Source of the DNA: an uncultured virus (IMG/VR IMGVR_UViG_3300035210_000116)
Lineage: Duplodnaviria > Heunggongvirae > Uroviricota > Caudoviricetes
DNA length: 64,000 nucleotides
Direction: 5' to 3' (one strand)
IMG/VR virus record: IMGVR_UViG_3300035210_000116
Shown: positions 1 to 9,197 of the stretch, in pieces
How positions within the stretch are numbered: position 1 is the first letter of the stretch
Layout of the letters: the number at the start of each line of letters is the position of its first letter
Notes under the pieces: generated by a model
The model's database searches: none
What the model was told of the DNA's origin: nothing
What the model saw: only the letters and a program-made list of their open reading frames with translations
Translations under genes and position numbers: made by a program

Positions 1-213
1 GCTGGTGCTAAGGGCGACACAGGAGCCGCTGGTGCTAAGGGCGACACAGGAGCCGCTGGTGCTAAGGGCGACACAGGAGCCGCTGGTGCTAAGGGCGACA
101 CAGGAGCCGCTGGTACCGACGGAGCTAAAGGAGACAAGGGAGACAAGGGAGACACAGGAGCCGCTGGTACCGACGGAGCTAAAGGAGACAAGGGAGACAC
201 AGGAACTGCTGGA
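1..213 (+). repeat. Coding tandem repeats: 27-bp unit x4, then related collagen-codon repeats
   Basis: GCTGGTGCTAAGGGCGACACAGGAGCC repeated four times (1-108), followed by GGAGACAAG-type units. Confidence 0.95.
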
Positions 214-882
214 GTAGATGGGGACACGGGTCCAGCCGGACCAACGGCAGTATCTTCTGACGTAGGAAATCTTGCAGTTCTCGGAACTGACAGCAAACTA
301 CTGGTCAATGCCGCCCATATTACGCCGGCCGCGATTGGAGCGGCGACGGTTGCTCAAGGCACCGATGCGCGCCCACCCGACATCAATGGTATGACTGCCG
401 AAAACGACATCTTGGCAGATGATGATTACGTTCCGTTTTACGATGCGAGTGAGACCGCTAATCGCAAAGGAATTTTGACTAAGTTTTGGGACTATATCAC
501 TGCGAAGATTACCGTAATAGGTATTGCTCCATACATAACGGGCTACAGTCAGGCAGGGAATACCACCCTTACTGCCTCCAGCGGTACACTAACAATCCCG
601 CTAGATGGGAAATGCTACTCTTACACAATTCCATCTGGTACAGCAATAACGTTAGCACTATCAGACACACCAACTCCTCCGCTGTGTGCGAGTGTACAGA
701 TTGAATTCACACAGCACGCCAGTTCAGCAGGAACACTCGCATATCCCTCCGCTTGGTTATGGGTCGGGTCAACTGCAGTACCACTGCCAACCGCTCTAAG
801 TGCGAAGATGCTACTGGAGGTACAGTCTATGCCTTCTGGCAGTATTCTGGCCTTTGCATCATGGGTTGGGGTGCAAGTATGA
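1..882 (+). CDS. Tail fibre protein with collagen-like G-X-Y repeats (5' truncated)
   Basis: Frame 1 is open from base 1 (AGAKGDTGA repeats, [13 protein letters not shown]) and continues in frame into the 391..882 ORF; contains [19 protein letters not shown], a fibre-type motif. Confidence 0.8.
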   Translation, partial: AGAKGDTGAAGAKGDTGAAGAKGDTGAAGAKGDTGAAGTDGAKGDKGDKGDTGAAGTDGAKGDKGDTGTAGVDGDTGPAGPTAVSSDVGNLAVLGTDSKLLVNAAHITPAAIGAATVAQGTDARPPDINGMTAENDILADDDYVPFYDASETANRKGILTKFWDYITAKITVIGIAPYITGYSQAGNTTLTASSGTLTIPLDGKCYSYTIPSGTAITLALSDTPTPPLCASVQIEFTQHASSAGTLAYPSAWLWVGSTAVPLPTALSAKMLLEVQSMPSGSILAFASWVGVQV

Positions 883-1808
883 TAGGCTCCAGACTGCAAG
901 CAGGGTGGCGCCAAGGGCGTAATATTTGGGTGCAGAAAGCACCTAAGTATGGTAGTGAGACCTCTATCTACTCCATGGCCGTATTTAACGGCAAACTCTA
1001 TGGTGCAACAGGTCCCATCAATGGCCTTCTTCTAGAGTGGAATGGCACTAATGCCTGGGTGCAGAAAGCGCCTACGTATGGTAGTGAGACCTCTATCTAC
1101 TCCATGGCCGTGTTTAACGGCAAACTCTATGGCGGAACAATCCCCAACGGCCTTCTTCTAGAGTGGAATGGCACTAATGCCTGGGTGCAGAAGGCGCCTA
1201 AGTATGGTAGTGAGACCCATATCTACTCTTTGGCCGTGTTTAACGGCAAACTCTACGGCGGGACAACCCCCAGCGGCAATCTTCTAGAGTGGAACGGCAC
1301 TAATGCCTGGGTGCAGAAAGCCCCTAAGTGTGGTAGTGAAACTGTTGTCTACTCCTTGGCCGTGTTTAACGGCAAACTCTATGGCGGAACAGGCCCCGGC
1401 GGCAATCTTCTAGAGTGGAACGGTACTAATGCCTGGGTGCAGAAAGCGCCTAAGTATGGTAGTGAAACTATTGTCTACTCCTTGGCCGTGTTTAACGGCA
1501 AACTCTATGGCGGGACTGGATTTGTTAGCGGTAGTCTTCTAGAGTGGAACGGTACTAATGCCTGGGTGCAGAAAGCACCTGCGTACGGCACTAACTCGCG
1601 CGCCAGAGCCCTAGTTGTGTTTAATAACACGCTGTACGTAACGGGCTATACCTCCAATTTGTTGTTGGCGTGGAATAACATCGACGCATGGCAACTACGA
1701 GCGCCGAAATTGGGCGCAGAAACTTATAGCGCAGCCTTGGTTATCCACAAGCAGAAACTTTACGCCGGCACCGGTATAAATGGCAATCTATTCGAGTGGA
1801 GCACATAA
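879..1808 (+). CDS. Repeat (probably 7-bladed beta-propeller) protein, putative receptor-binding protein
   Basis: ATG at 879 overlaps the upstream stop (ATGA); five near-identical 42-43 aa repeats [28 protein letters not shown]...LLEWNGTNA plus two diverged ones. Confidence 0.75.
   Translation: MIGSRLQAGWRQGRNIWVQKAPKYGSETSIYSMAVFNGKLYGATGPINGLLLEWNGTNAWVQKAPTYGSETSIYSMAVFNGKLYGGTIPNGLLLEWNGTNAWVQKAPKYGSETHIYSLAVFNGKLYGGTTPSGNLLEWNGTNAWVQKAPKCGSETVVYSLAVFNGKLYGGTGPGGNLLEWNGTNAWVQKAPKYGSETIVYSLAVFNGKLYGGTGFVSGSLLEWNGTNAWVQKAPAYGTNSRARALVVFNNTLYVTGYTSNLLLAWNNIDAWQLRAPKLGAETYSAALVIHKQKLYAGTGINGNLFEWST
927..1580 (+). repeat. 126-129 bp tandem coding repeats (starts 927, 1056, 1182, 1308, 1434, partial 1563)
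   Basis: Direct alignment of units beginning TGGGTGCAGAA. Confidence 0.95.
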
Positions 1809-2215
1809 TGAGTTACGTCTATAATCTAGCGCCAGCAGATACTCCGGAGTGGGTGCATAGTGGTCCTAATATCGTACCGTTTACATCTTTATCCGTCGCG
1901 CAGTTGGCGTCGATTGGCTGGCTACCATTGATCTACGATCCACCTGATTCATCACTGGGTTATGCCAACCCTGTTGCCGAAACTCGCGCTGGACAACGGG
2001 TGGCAGTTGCCTATGCTTTGGGAACAGCAGAAGAGCGCGCGGCAGTTATACTTCGCGCGCAATGGCTTGCTACCGCCTTACTTCAATCGCAACTGGATGT
2101 TGCGGCAGCTCGTGCTATACTAGCTGTACCACTATCGGTTTCTCCGACGAGGGACGACATCCAAGCACGTATAGATGCGCTTGCTATTCTTCAACCAATT
2201 ACCGCAGGAATTTAA
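1808..2215 (+). CDS. Hypothetical protein, possibly tail fibre accessory/chaperone
   Basis: TAATG coupling with the upstream gene; position after fibre genes. Confidence 0.55.
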   Translation: MSYVYNLAPADTPEWVHSGPNIVPFTSLSVAQLASIGWLPLIYDPPDSSLGYANPVAETRAGQRVAVAYALGTAEERAAVILRAQWLATALLQSQLDVAAARAILAVPLSVSPTRDDIQARIDALAILQPITAGI

Positions 2216-2217
2216 CC

Positions 2218-2496
2218 ATGGCTTTACTAGTAAATCTCAACACCACTAACGCTCGTGGTCTACGTCTGGCTAATGCTATCCAGTCTATTCAGACAGGACT
2301 TTCTGTTTTACGCGAGCTAGACGGCTTACGTGCTCAAACTGTTGGTGTCTCGGCCGCTGTATTTGGCGCAGCTTTTGGTATTGCTAACCCGGCAGAAGCG
2401 CAGGCACTAAACGACCGATGGGGCGCTATCGCAGCAAAAACCTACACAGGTTTACAGGACTTCCTGGATGCGACGTTAGCCGGACCTTCTGCTTAA
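2218..2496 (+). CDS. Hypothetical protein
   Basis: ATG 2 nt after the upstream stop, MALLVNLNTT...; fills the operon. Confidence 0.6.
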   Translation: MALLVNLNTTNARGLRLANAIQSIQTGLSVLRELDGLRAQTVGVSAAVFGAAFGIANPAEAQALNDRWGAIAAKTYTGLQDFLDATLAGPSA

Positions 2497-2515
2497 GCAA
2501 CAAGACTAAAAGACC

Positions 2516-3076
2516 ATGACTGATGATTACAGCATGGAAAATTGCCCTCTGAGCGTATCGTGCCAAGAGACTATTGCTCAACGCTGGATTCGTCAAGATG
2601 CTGTAAACAAGAGGCTTGGCGCTAAACTGGATGCTGCCGAGGGCAGAATAAGTGACATACAGGCTCATGGTTTTGGCCTACAGGATCTTATAACCAAGCA
2701 AGGAGCAGAATTTAAAGAAGAACGTGAGCAGACGAGACAAGCCGTGCGCGCGGTTGCAACAGCCTTAGCAAATTCTGATAGGCTGCAAGCACTACGCCAT
2801 GAAAAAATACTCGATGTTCAACAGCGTAACCTTTCGGCCAACGTCGAATTACTCGGAATCTTTCAGGGGCATGAACTTAATGAAGCTACCAAGCTGAAAA
2901 ACCTCGATGGCAAGATACTCGTTAATCGTGTTGGCCATAAAGCATTTATTGGCCTTGGAGTTATTGCGATGCTGGGGCTTTCTGGTTTTATAGGAACTAT
3001 GCTCTTTCCAGGTATCGATCTCGCATTCCACGCAGGAATTAATGCTTTCATGGCTTTAATGCCAGGGCACTTTTAA
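2516..3076 (+). CDS. Coiled-coil protein with C-terminal transmembrane segment (possible lysis-associated)
   Basis: Hydrophobic C-terminus AFIGLGVIAMLGLSGFIGTMLF; adjacent to holin. Confidence 0.55.
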   Translation: MTDDYSMENCPLSVSCQETIAQRWIRQDAVNKRLGAKLDAAEGRISDIQAHGFGLQDLITKQGAEFKEEREQTRQAVRAVATALANSDRLQALRHEKILDVQQRNLSANVELLGIFQGHELNEATKLKNLDGKILVNRVGHKAFIGLGVIAMLGLSGFIGTMLFPGIDLAFHAGINAFMALMPGHF

Positions 3077-3088
3077 AGGAAAGTTTAC

Positions 3089-3367
3089 ATGGTAACTGAC
3101 GCACCCACTGAAGTACTCGGAAATGGAACAGAAATTGTTATCCCTTCTGTATTTGTGAACGGTTGGAGACCTTTTGTTGGTTGGGTATGCGGATGGGCCT
3201 TTGCCTATCATTTCATAGTAGAACCGTCGCTGGCCTTCGTTTTTGCCACTCTCGGATATCCTGTGGTCCTTCCGGAGTTTAATTTGGACGAATTAACAAC
3301 TGTTCTCTTCGGTCTACTTGGTTTAAGTGGCCTGCGCACGTACGAAAAAGTAAAAGGTGTTGCCTAA
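3089..3367 (+). CDS. Holin, 3TM/GTA-type holin family
   Basis: GWRPFVGWVCG...LLGLSGLRTYEKVKGVA signature; AAGGA RBS. Confidence 0.8.
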   Translation: MVTDAPTEVLGNGTEIVIPSVFVNGWRPFVGWVCGWAFAYHFIVEPSLAFVFATLGYPVVLPEFNLDELTTVLFGLLGLSGLRTYEKVKGVA

Positions 3368-4287
3368 TGACTGACAAGACCATGAAAATGGGGCCGTGGG
3401 CTGGAATTGACAACGTTCGTAGAGACGACGAGGACGTATTTCAGCTTCCAGGCCCGAGAGAAAAGAGATTAGCTAATCTCATTTCTATTGTAAATATGGA
3501 CCAAGACGAATCTGGTTGGCCGTTTACCACCAGGGACGACTGGACATTAATCGATAATGCCAGTGCGCATAGTCTATTTGAGTACTCAGGCATATCCTAC
3601 GCCGTGTTGAACAACGTTCTTGTACAGCTAAATGACACGGGTGTTACAAACCTGGCAGACGTTTCAGGCCCACTGTCGTGGACAATTTTGAACGATGAAC
3701 CAGTTTTCACAGATGGCTCCATCATACGAGTAATTCGCAACTCATCCTGTATTCCATTACCATCTAGTATCTCCGAAGCGGATGAGCAAAGAGTGCTCGA
3801 TCCTCTACCTGGTGGTACCGGCATCGCTTACTGGAATGGTCGCCTACTGGTTGTCAGAGGTACGACTCTTTTTCTTTCTGAACCACTACGCTACGGTGCA
3901 TATGATACAATGCGCGGAAGAGTTCAATTTGGACAGCAGATACAGTGGATTGCGGCGATACAGTCGGGCATATATGTAGGGCTAACAGAGTCAATAAGAT
4001 TCCTCGATGGGACAGATCCTCTTGCTTTTACGCATAAAAGAGCGTCCGGTCCTGGGTGGGGTGGAACTGTCGTAGATTCGGCTGAGATGTATCTTAATGA
4101 ACTGCGGGCCCAGGAGAATGAGGGAACGAAGGAGATTGCCGTATGGATGGAAGAGAAAGGGTTCGTCCTTGGTCTACCATCTGGAAAGGTTGAAAGACCT
4201 CAGGCATACAACCTAAAAGATTTGGAGATTTTCCACGGTGGGAAGATCTCTCTGTACAACAGCCGGCTGACGGCTATAAGACCATAA
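3367..4287 (+). CDS. Putative virion structural (tail) protein
   Basis: 306-aa beta-rich ORF coupled to the holin stop; structural context. Confidence 0.55.
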   Translation: MTDKTMKMGPWAGIDNVRRDDEDVFQLPGPREKRLANLISIVNMDQDESGWPFTTRDDWTLIDNASAHSLFEYSGISYAVLNNVLVQLNDTGVTNLADVSGPLSWTILNDEPVFTDGSIIRVIRNSSCIPLPSSISEADEQRVLDPLPGGTGIAYWNGRLLVVRGTTLFLSEPLRYGAYDTMRGRVQFGQQIQWIAAIQSGIYVGLTESIRFLDGTDPLAFTHKRASGPGWGGTVVDSAEMYLNELRAQENEGTKEIAVWMEEKGFVLGLPSGKVERPQAYNLKDLEIFHGGKISLYNSRLTAIRP

Positions 4288-4299
4288 CCGGAGACTTAA

Positions 4300-4872
4300 A
4301 TGAAGCACATTCGAGAACTACAGACTTTTATAATCGGAGGCGACGCGAAGCCAGAAGATGGTGGAATCCTTATTCATGATTCTGCCATGCTCCGTGGAAC
4401 TTATCGTACGTGGATAAATGGAGAGGGCGAGCAGATTGATCACAATCTTCTGCCTACTCAAGGTATTGCGTACCTTCTGGGACTGCTTGGGTCTACTAAC
4501 AAAGAAACGGCTTTTTATCTTGCGCCCTTCTCTGGTAATGTATCCCCAGCAGCTAACTGGACTGCCGCTAACTTCGCTTCCAATGCCACAGAGATTACGT
4601 CCTTGACTGAAGGATTCAGTAACACGGTAAGACCTACTTGGATTCCAGGTTCTGTTGCTGCCGGAGTCATTGGCAATACGGCGGCAGTTGCATCCTTTAA
4701 CATTGTTTGTACAAGCGTTGTGAATATCGCTGGTATGGGGCTTTTGTCTAGCAATGTACGTGGTGGAACAGGCGGACTTTTGCTGTCTGCTAGTAGATAC
4801 GGCGCAGTGCGTGTTGTCAATACTGGCGATACGTTCGAAGTCGAATACAACATTTCTCTAACTGATTCTTAA
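4300..4872 (+). CDS. Putative tail structural protein
   Basis: GGAG RBS; beta-rich, ends VVNTGDTFEVEYNISLTDS. Confidence 0.6.
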   Translation: MKHIRELQTFIIGGDAKPEDGGILIHDSAMLRGTYRTWINGEGEQIDHNLLPTQGIAYLLGLLGSTNKETAFYLAPFSGNVSPAANWTAANFASNATEITSLTEGFSNTVRPTWIPGSVAAGVIGNTAAVASFNIVCTSVVNIAGMGLLSSNVRGGTGGLLLSASRYGAVRVVNTGDTFEVEYNISLTDS

Positions 4873-4884
4873 TAGAGGTGATTT

Positions 4885-5349
4885 ATGGCTAATGCCTTAA
4901 CTGATATGGCCCGTGCCATGTTTGCACGTGGAGCGATTAACTGGGAGTCTGACACGCTAAAATGCGTCCTTGTCGACACTGCCTCTGTTAGTTTCACTAC
5001 TATAAACCAGACTTCGTCTAATCCAGGCGATATTCCGGCAAATATGAGCTTAATTCCGACTACGTATCGTAACAACGGCGCATCTGGAGCTGTTGGTATG
5101 CCGCTAGCAAACAAGGCTGTTATGCCTAATGGAGCCTGCGACGCAGATGACGTTACGTTCACCGCTGTTCAGACGCTCTCTGGAGGTGGTGCTTTGGAGG
5201 CTGTTGTTATATACAAGGACGGGGCGTCTGATGCATTACGAGCTATACTTTGTTGGTTAGACACAGCCACGGGTTTGCCTATCGTGCCGAATGGGGGCGA
5301 CATAATTTGTACTTTTGACGGCGGGGTAAATCGTTTGTTCAGATTGTGA
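4885..5349 (+). CDS. Putative tail structural protein
   Basis: GAGGTG RBS; MANAL...INWESDTLKCVLVD...DADDVTF...GLPIVPNGGDI pattern typical of small phage tail proteins. Confidence 0.65.
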   Translation: MANALTDMARAMFARGAINWESDTLKCVLVDTASVSFTTINQTSSNPGDIPANMSLIPTTYRNNGASGAVGMPLANKAVMPNGACDADDVTFTAVQTLSGGGALEAVVIYKDGASDALRAILCWLDTATGLPIVPNGGDIICTFDGGVNRLFRL

Positions 5350-5353
5350 TAAA

Positions 5354-5366
5354 AATCAACGAGTTA
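5354..5366 (+). promoter_or_regulatory. IHF consensus site
   Basis: AATCAACGAGTTA matches WATCAANNNNTTR, about 30 bp upstream of a -35 box. Confidence 0.45.
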
Positions 5367-5394
5367 CGAACTACAAATATTTCGTTAGCGAGGC

Positions 5395-5423
5395 TTGACA
5401 TTTCCTGTGTAGCAGTATATACT
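5395..5423 (+). promoter_or_regulatory. Sigma70-type promoter
   Basis: TTGACA-17 bp-TATACT in the intergenic region before 5455. Confidence 0.8.
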
Positions 5424-5454
5424 ACTCTTTCCTTAAACCAAAAGAGTAATTATT

Positions 5455-5952
5455 ATGGCTTTCACAGCACGAATCGACAAATGCAAACAGTGTGGCGGTG
5501 AGTATCTACGAAAAGGATCGGTTGGAGTCTATTGTTCCGAAGCATGCAAGGAAGTTGCAAAGCACGGAGAAGAGAGGGAATGCTTACAGTGCAGCAAGGC
5601 GCTAGGTCGAAGGCAGAAAAAGTTTTGTTCAAGGGAATGTATAGATCAGCATGCTAGAGACAACACAGTTAGAAAAGGAACATGCGAAGAATGTGGAAAA
5701 GACTTCCTAAAAGATCGTCCTGACACTAAATATTGTTCTATAGCATGCCGCGATAAAGCGGCTAGTTGTGTTAAAGAGTACATATGTTTGACGTGCGGAG
5801 TACACTTTTCTAGAAAAAGTGCTAATTCCAAGGACTATAAGTACTGTTCAGTATCATGCTCATCTATCACGAACAATGCTACACGAGTGTTAAAGCGTAA
5901 TATTCATCCAATAGATGTCGCTGCGCCTTCAGTAGAGAAGGAGGCAGAATAA
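5455..5952 (+). CDS. Cys-rich zinc-ribbon repeat protein (nuclease-less paralog of the next gene)
   Basis: Four CxxC...[YF]CSxxC units; N-terminus MAFTARIDKC parallels MAFEARIDNC. Confidence 0.75.
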   Translation: MAFTARIDKCKQCGGEYLRKGSVGVYCSEACKEVAKHGEERECLQCSKALGRRQKKFCSRECIDQHARDNTVRKGTCEECGKDFLKDRPDTKYCSIACRDKAASCVKEYICLTCGVHFSRKSANSKDYKYCSVSCSSITNNATRVLKRNIHPIDVAAPSVEKEAE

Positions 5953-6746
5953 TGGCCTTCGAAGCTCGTATAGATAATTGTGTTCTTTGTAGCGAGGAGT
6001 TTCTTCGCACTGGTACTAGACACTTATACTGCTCTGATAAGTGCAAAGAAGTAGCAAAATATGGAAAGCAAAGAACGTGCCTTCACTGTGGTACTATCCT
6101 TCGTTCGGAGCAGCCAAAATATTGTTCTACAAACTGTAAGTATTCGCATACGCTAAAAGATTTTGGCGAGAAAGTTCCGTGCGACGCCTGTGGAAATCCA
6201 TTTCATAAGCGGCGAAAGGATCAACGTTTTTGCTCAGTAGAGTGTAAAAACATAGGTTTAAGTGCTATACACGAATTCGTATGCGAGCAATGTGGAACCA
6301 CGTTTGAGAAAAAGAACACCAAGGATAGAATATATAAATTCTGCTCAAAATCATGTTCAGGAAAGTACAACAATACGCTAAATAGCAAGTCTCCAGACCT
6401 TTGGACTAGGACAACACGCGCTGGAGATGGGTATGTCGCAATCCAAACACCAAACGGCAGTATGCTAGAACATAGATACGTTATGGAGCAGAAATTAGAT
6501 CGTAAGCTGCTTGAAGGTGAGAATGTCCACCACATCGATGGAAATAGAGGTAATAATGCTCCGGATAATCTGGAGTTGTGGGTCACGCCTCAACCTACAG
6601 GGGTTAGACCTCTACAAGTTGTAAAGAATCTTATAGCCTCTTTCAGCAAGGAAGAAAAAGCCGAACTTATTATGGACCTAGTAACTTCTATGGATGAAGA
6701 AAAACGTTCCACCTTGATCGAGCAAATCATCGACTGCTACTTCTAA
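5952..6746 (+). CDS. HNH homing endonuclease with Cys-rich repeats
   Basis: EHRYVMEQKLDRKL..ENVHHIDGNRGNNAPDNLEL HNH motif. Confidence 0.85.
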   Translation: MAFEARIDNCVLCSEEFLRTGTRHLYCSDKCKEVAKYGKQRTCLHCGTILRSEQPKYCSTNCKYSHTLKDFGEKVPCDACGNPFHKRRKDQRFCSVECKNIGLSAIHEFVCEQCGTTFEKKNTKDRIYKFCSKSCSGKYNNTLNSKSPDLWTRTTRAGDGYVAIQTPNGSMLEHRYVMEQKLDRKLLEGENVHHIDGNRGNNAPDNLELWVTPQPTGVRPLQVVKNLIASFSKEEKAELIMDLVTSMDEEKRSTLIEQIIDCYF

Positions 6747-6757
6747 ACCAATATCTC

Positions 6758-6766
6758 TGCTATAAT
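6758..6766 (+). promoter_or_regulatory. Extended -10 promoter element
   Basis: TGCTATAAT in the gap upstream of 6799. Confidence 0.6.
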
Positions 6767-6798
6767 ACTGTCTTTATCCCAGAAAGAGAGTAAAATAT

Positions 6799-9186
6799 AT
6801 GCCCGCACCAGCCACGCATTGGAGAGTCCGTTTTAATCGTTTGAATGCGACGCGCTCCTATAACATATCCACTCTCTATCCGTGTGATTCGACTCTAACC
6901 CAGATATCGAATCATACGGCTCTAACTGGTACTCCGCTTTATAACGCCGTTACGTACCCTCTAACCAATTTGTTGGACTCGAACACGGCAACCTTTACAG
7001 CTTTCAACTGGACCACTGAGACGAGTTTCTCTGTTACTTTCCAGTATGCTGCTCCGGTACTTATCGACCACTTTCTACTCAACGTTTCTGGAGCAGCGGC
7101 AGTTGGTAATCCGCTAGAATCTTTTAACCTCTCGTTTGTGGTGGAATCTTCTAGCGACGGGACTACCTTCGTGGTTCAATCCTCTCAGGACAAAGTCATA
7201 GGTTCAGTCGGCGCGGACTACCGTTTTGGCGCTACTTCAGCTTCTTCTTATTACCCCTTCCCGACGAGAGGAATAACCTCTGGTACTGGTGGAATCTATG
7301 GCATCGTATCCGAGGATTCAGTAGCTTTACCTAATCGCCCTGTTTATCTCTTTGAGAGAGACAGTTTCTTTAAGGTTGGATATACAACTACAGATAATTC
7401 TGGTGGCTATGGCTTCGATGGGCTAAACACTAACAGCGAGTTTCTTGTAATGTCAGTCGACCCCTCTGGTCCTCCATATAAGAATGCTATTGTGTGGGAT
7501 CGCATAAAACCCATCAACACCCTTGGAGCGCAGACTCCAGCCGATCGTTTCTGGGCTAGGAGATTTCGTGATCCAGCCTTTGGTATAACATACGGATATC
7601 TGGCGTACTCAGATGGTATTACTTATAATCAGCTAATTTCTGCACAAGGTGGAACTCCTTTTATCGGAGTTGAGTATGGTATAAATTACCCGCCTGTATC
7701 CAGCCTAGATAATTATTCCTTTTCCACCGCAGCTGTTGCTGGAGGAGCTTTCAAGCTGCTAAGCAGTACAAGAGGGCAATTAACTGATAATACTCTGCGC
7801 TACGGTATAAATTCCGAGGCTGACTTTGGCATTTTTGGTGTTAATGCTGCTGCACAACCAGCAAACTATAATGCGCTAACCTTTGAGTATGTGTTTGTTC
7901 CGCCAGTTACAGGAGAAAGTGACCTTTTTATCACTTTTACTACTAACCAAGACAGCGGGGCTTCGAACGAAGTATATGGGGGTAGTTATTCATTAATTGC
8001 CGCCGGAGTCACTCTTCAAGTCACACCAACTGTGGTTAATGTACGAATACCGCTCGCGGGCGCGAATAGATCAGTAGTTAGAGCTACGCACGCTGTAATT
8101 CAGGGCACGGTTACGCATATAACAGTAGTCTACCTGCAAGATAACTACATTAAACTATACTATAATGGAGTTCTAACACAAACTACGGCGATAACCGGCG
8201 CTGGTAGACTATGGACATATGCCCAGTATTTACACTCTGCGGCATATGCATATGAAAATTATGATCAGGTCTACACAGGATCAGTAGCATGCCGCGCAGT
8301 CAATGGTTTTAATTTAGCCGGCTCTGGTCATAATGTCTTAGGTAATACAACTTATCCTGGAATTCCTCGTGGATGGGGCGGGCAGTTTGGTTGTGCCTCT
8401 TTCTTCGGAAGAGCTTTCTCAGATGCCGATGTTACTAACCTGTATGATTCGTTTATAAATCCTACTACTCACGTTGTACTTCCTACAATGCCCGGCTACG
8501 CTGGAGAGGTAGAAGCTGATAACCCTGTCTTGTATCTGCGGCTTAATGATTTAACTGCTCCCAACCCTGGATATCGGTCAGTTTGTGGTATGCGCGGGCT
8601 ATATTTTAACAATATTGCAGGTACTTTATTCGCGCAGACTCCTGCCTTCGTTGCAGGACAGACAGCAATTAAGACTAGCGCCGGAGGGCTTTACACTTGG
8701 AACACGCCCGCTTTACCTAGCCAAGTGTTCACTTTGGAGACATTTGTTAATTTCACTAGTGTAAGCGTGCTACAAATGCTTTGGGGAACTTCTCGGTACC
8801 AAGCAGTAGGCGCTATGGGATATATTCAACTTCTAGCCACTGGAAAAATTGCACTGACCCTTACAGATCAATCAGGTCAAGTCTTCATTCTTAGTTATTC
8901 TCATACGGCGCTTGTAGTTAATACGAACTACCACATAGTTGTAACTTACGATCCTTGGTACACGCAACTATCTAATCTGTATATAGATGGAGTTCTTGTA
9001 TCTACGCTAGCCGCAACGTCTATGCCAGATTTCTACTACAACAGACAAATGTCTATAGGGTGCCTTACTACAACAGGACCAACTGTAGCACAACAGGTGC
9101 AAGGTTACATTGGAGAATTTGCACTGTACAACGCAGTAGTGCCAGCTGAGCGTGTAGCGGCTCACTACGCCGCACGTAATAACTAA
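6799..9186 (+). CDS. Tail protein with concanavalin A-like/LamG lectin domains
   Basis: ADNPVLYLRLND, FTLETFV, YHIVVTYD...LYIDG, IGEFALYN...RVAAHY LamG-like motifs. Confidence 0.75.
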   Translation: MPAPATHWRVRFNRLNATRSYNISTLYPCDSTLTQISNHTALTGTPLYNAVTYPLTNLLDSNTATFTAFNWTTETSFSVTFQYAAPVLIDHFLLNVSGAAAVGNPLESFNLSFVVESSSDGTTFVVQSSQDKVIGSVGADYRFGATSASSYYPFPTRGITSGTGGIYGIVSEDSVALPNRPVYLFERDSFFKVGYTTTDNSGGYGFDGLNTNSEFLVMSVDPSGPPYKNAIVWDRIKPINTLGAQTPADRFWARRFRDPAFGITYGYLAYSDGITYNQLISAQGGTPFIGVEYGINYPPVSSLDNYSFSTAAVAGGAFKLLSSTRGQLTDNTLRYGINSEADFGIFGVNAAAQPANYNALTFEYVFVPPVTGESDLFITFTTNQDSGASNEVYGGSYSLIAAGVTLQVTPTVVNVRIPLAGANRSVVRATHAVIQGTVTHITVVYLQDNYIKLYYNGVLTQTTAITGAGRLWTYAQYLHSAAYAYENYDQVYTGSVACRAVNGFNLAGSGHNVLGNTTYPGIPRGWGGQFGCASFFGRAFSDADVTNLYDSFINPTTHVVLPTMPGYAGEVEADNPVLYLRLNDLTAPNPGYRSVCGMRGLYFNNIAGTLFAQTPAFVAGQTAIKTSAGGLYTWNTPALPSQVFTLETFVNFTSVSVLQMLWGTSRYQAVGAMGYIQLLATGKIALTLTDQSGQVFILSYSHTALVVNTNYHIVVTYDPWYTQLSNLYIDGVLVSTLAATSMPDFYYNRQMSIGCLTTTGPTVAQQVQGYIGEFALYNAVVPAERVAAHYAARNN

Positions 9187-9197
9187 GGAGAACTTCG

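Noticed and set aside
5..217. ORF-track protein [10 protein letters not shown] repeats
   Set aside because: Wrong frame; frame 1 gives collagen G-X-Y repeats continuous with the tail fibre
1..1580. Tandem repeats as a CRISPR array
   Set aside because: No unique spacers; units are in-frame coding repeats and no cas genes are seen
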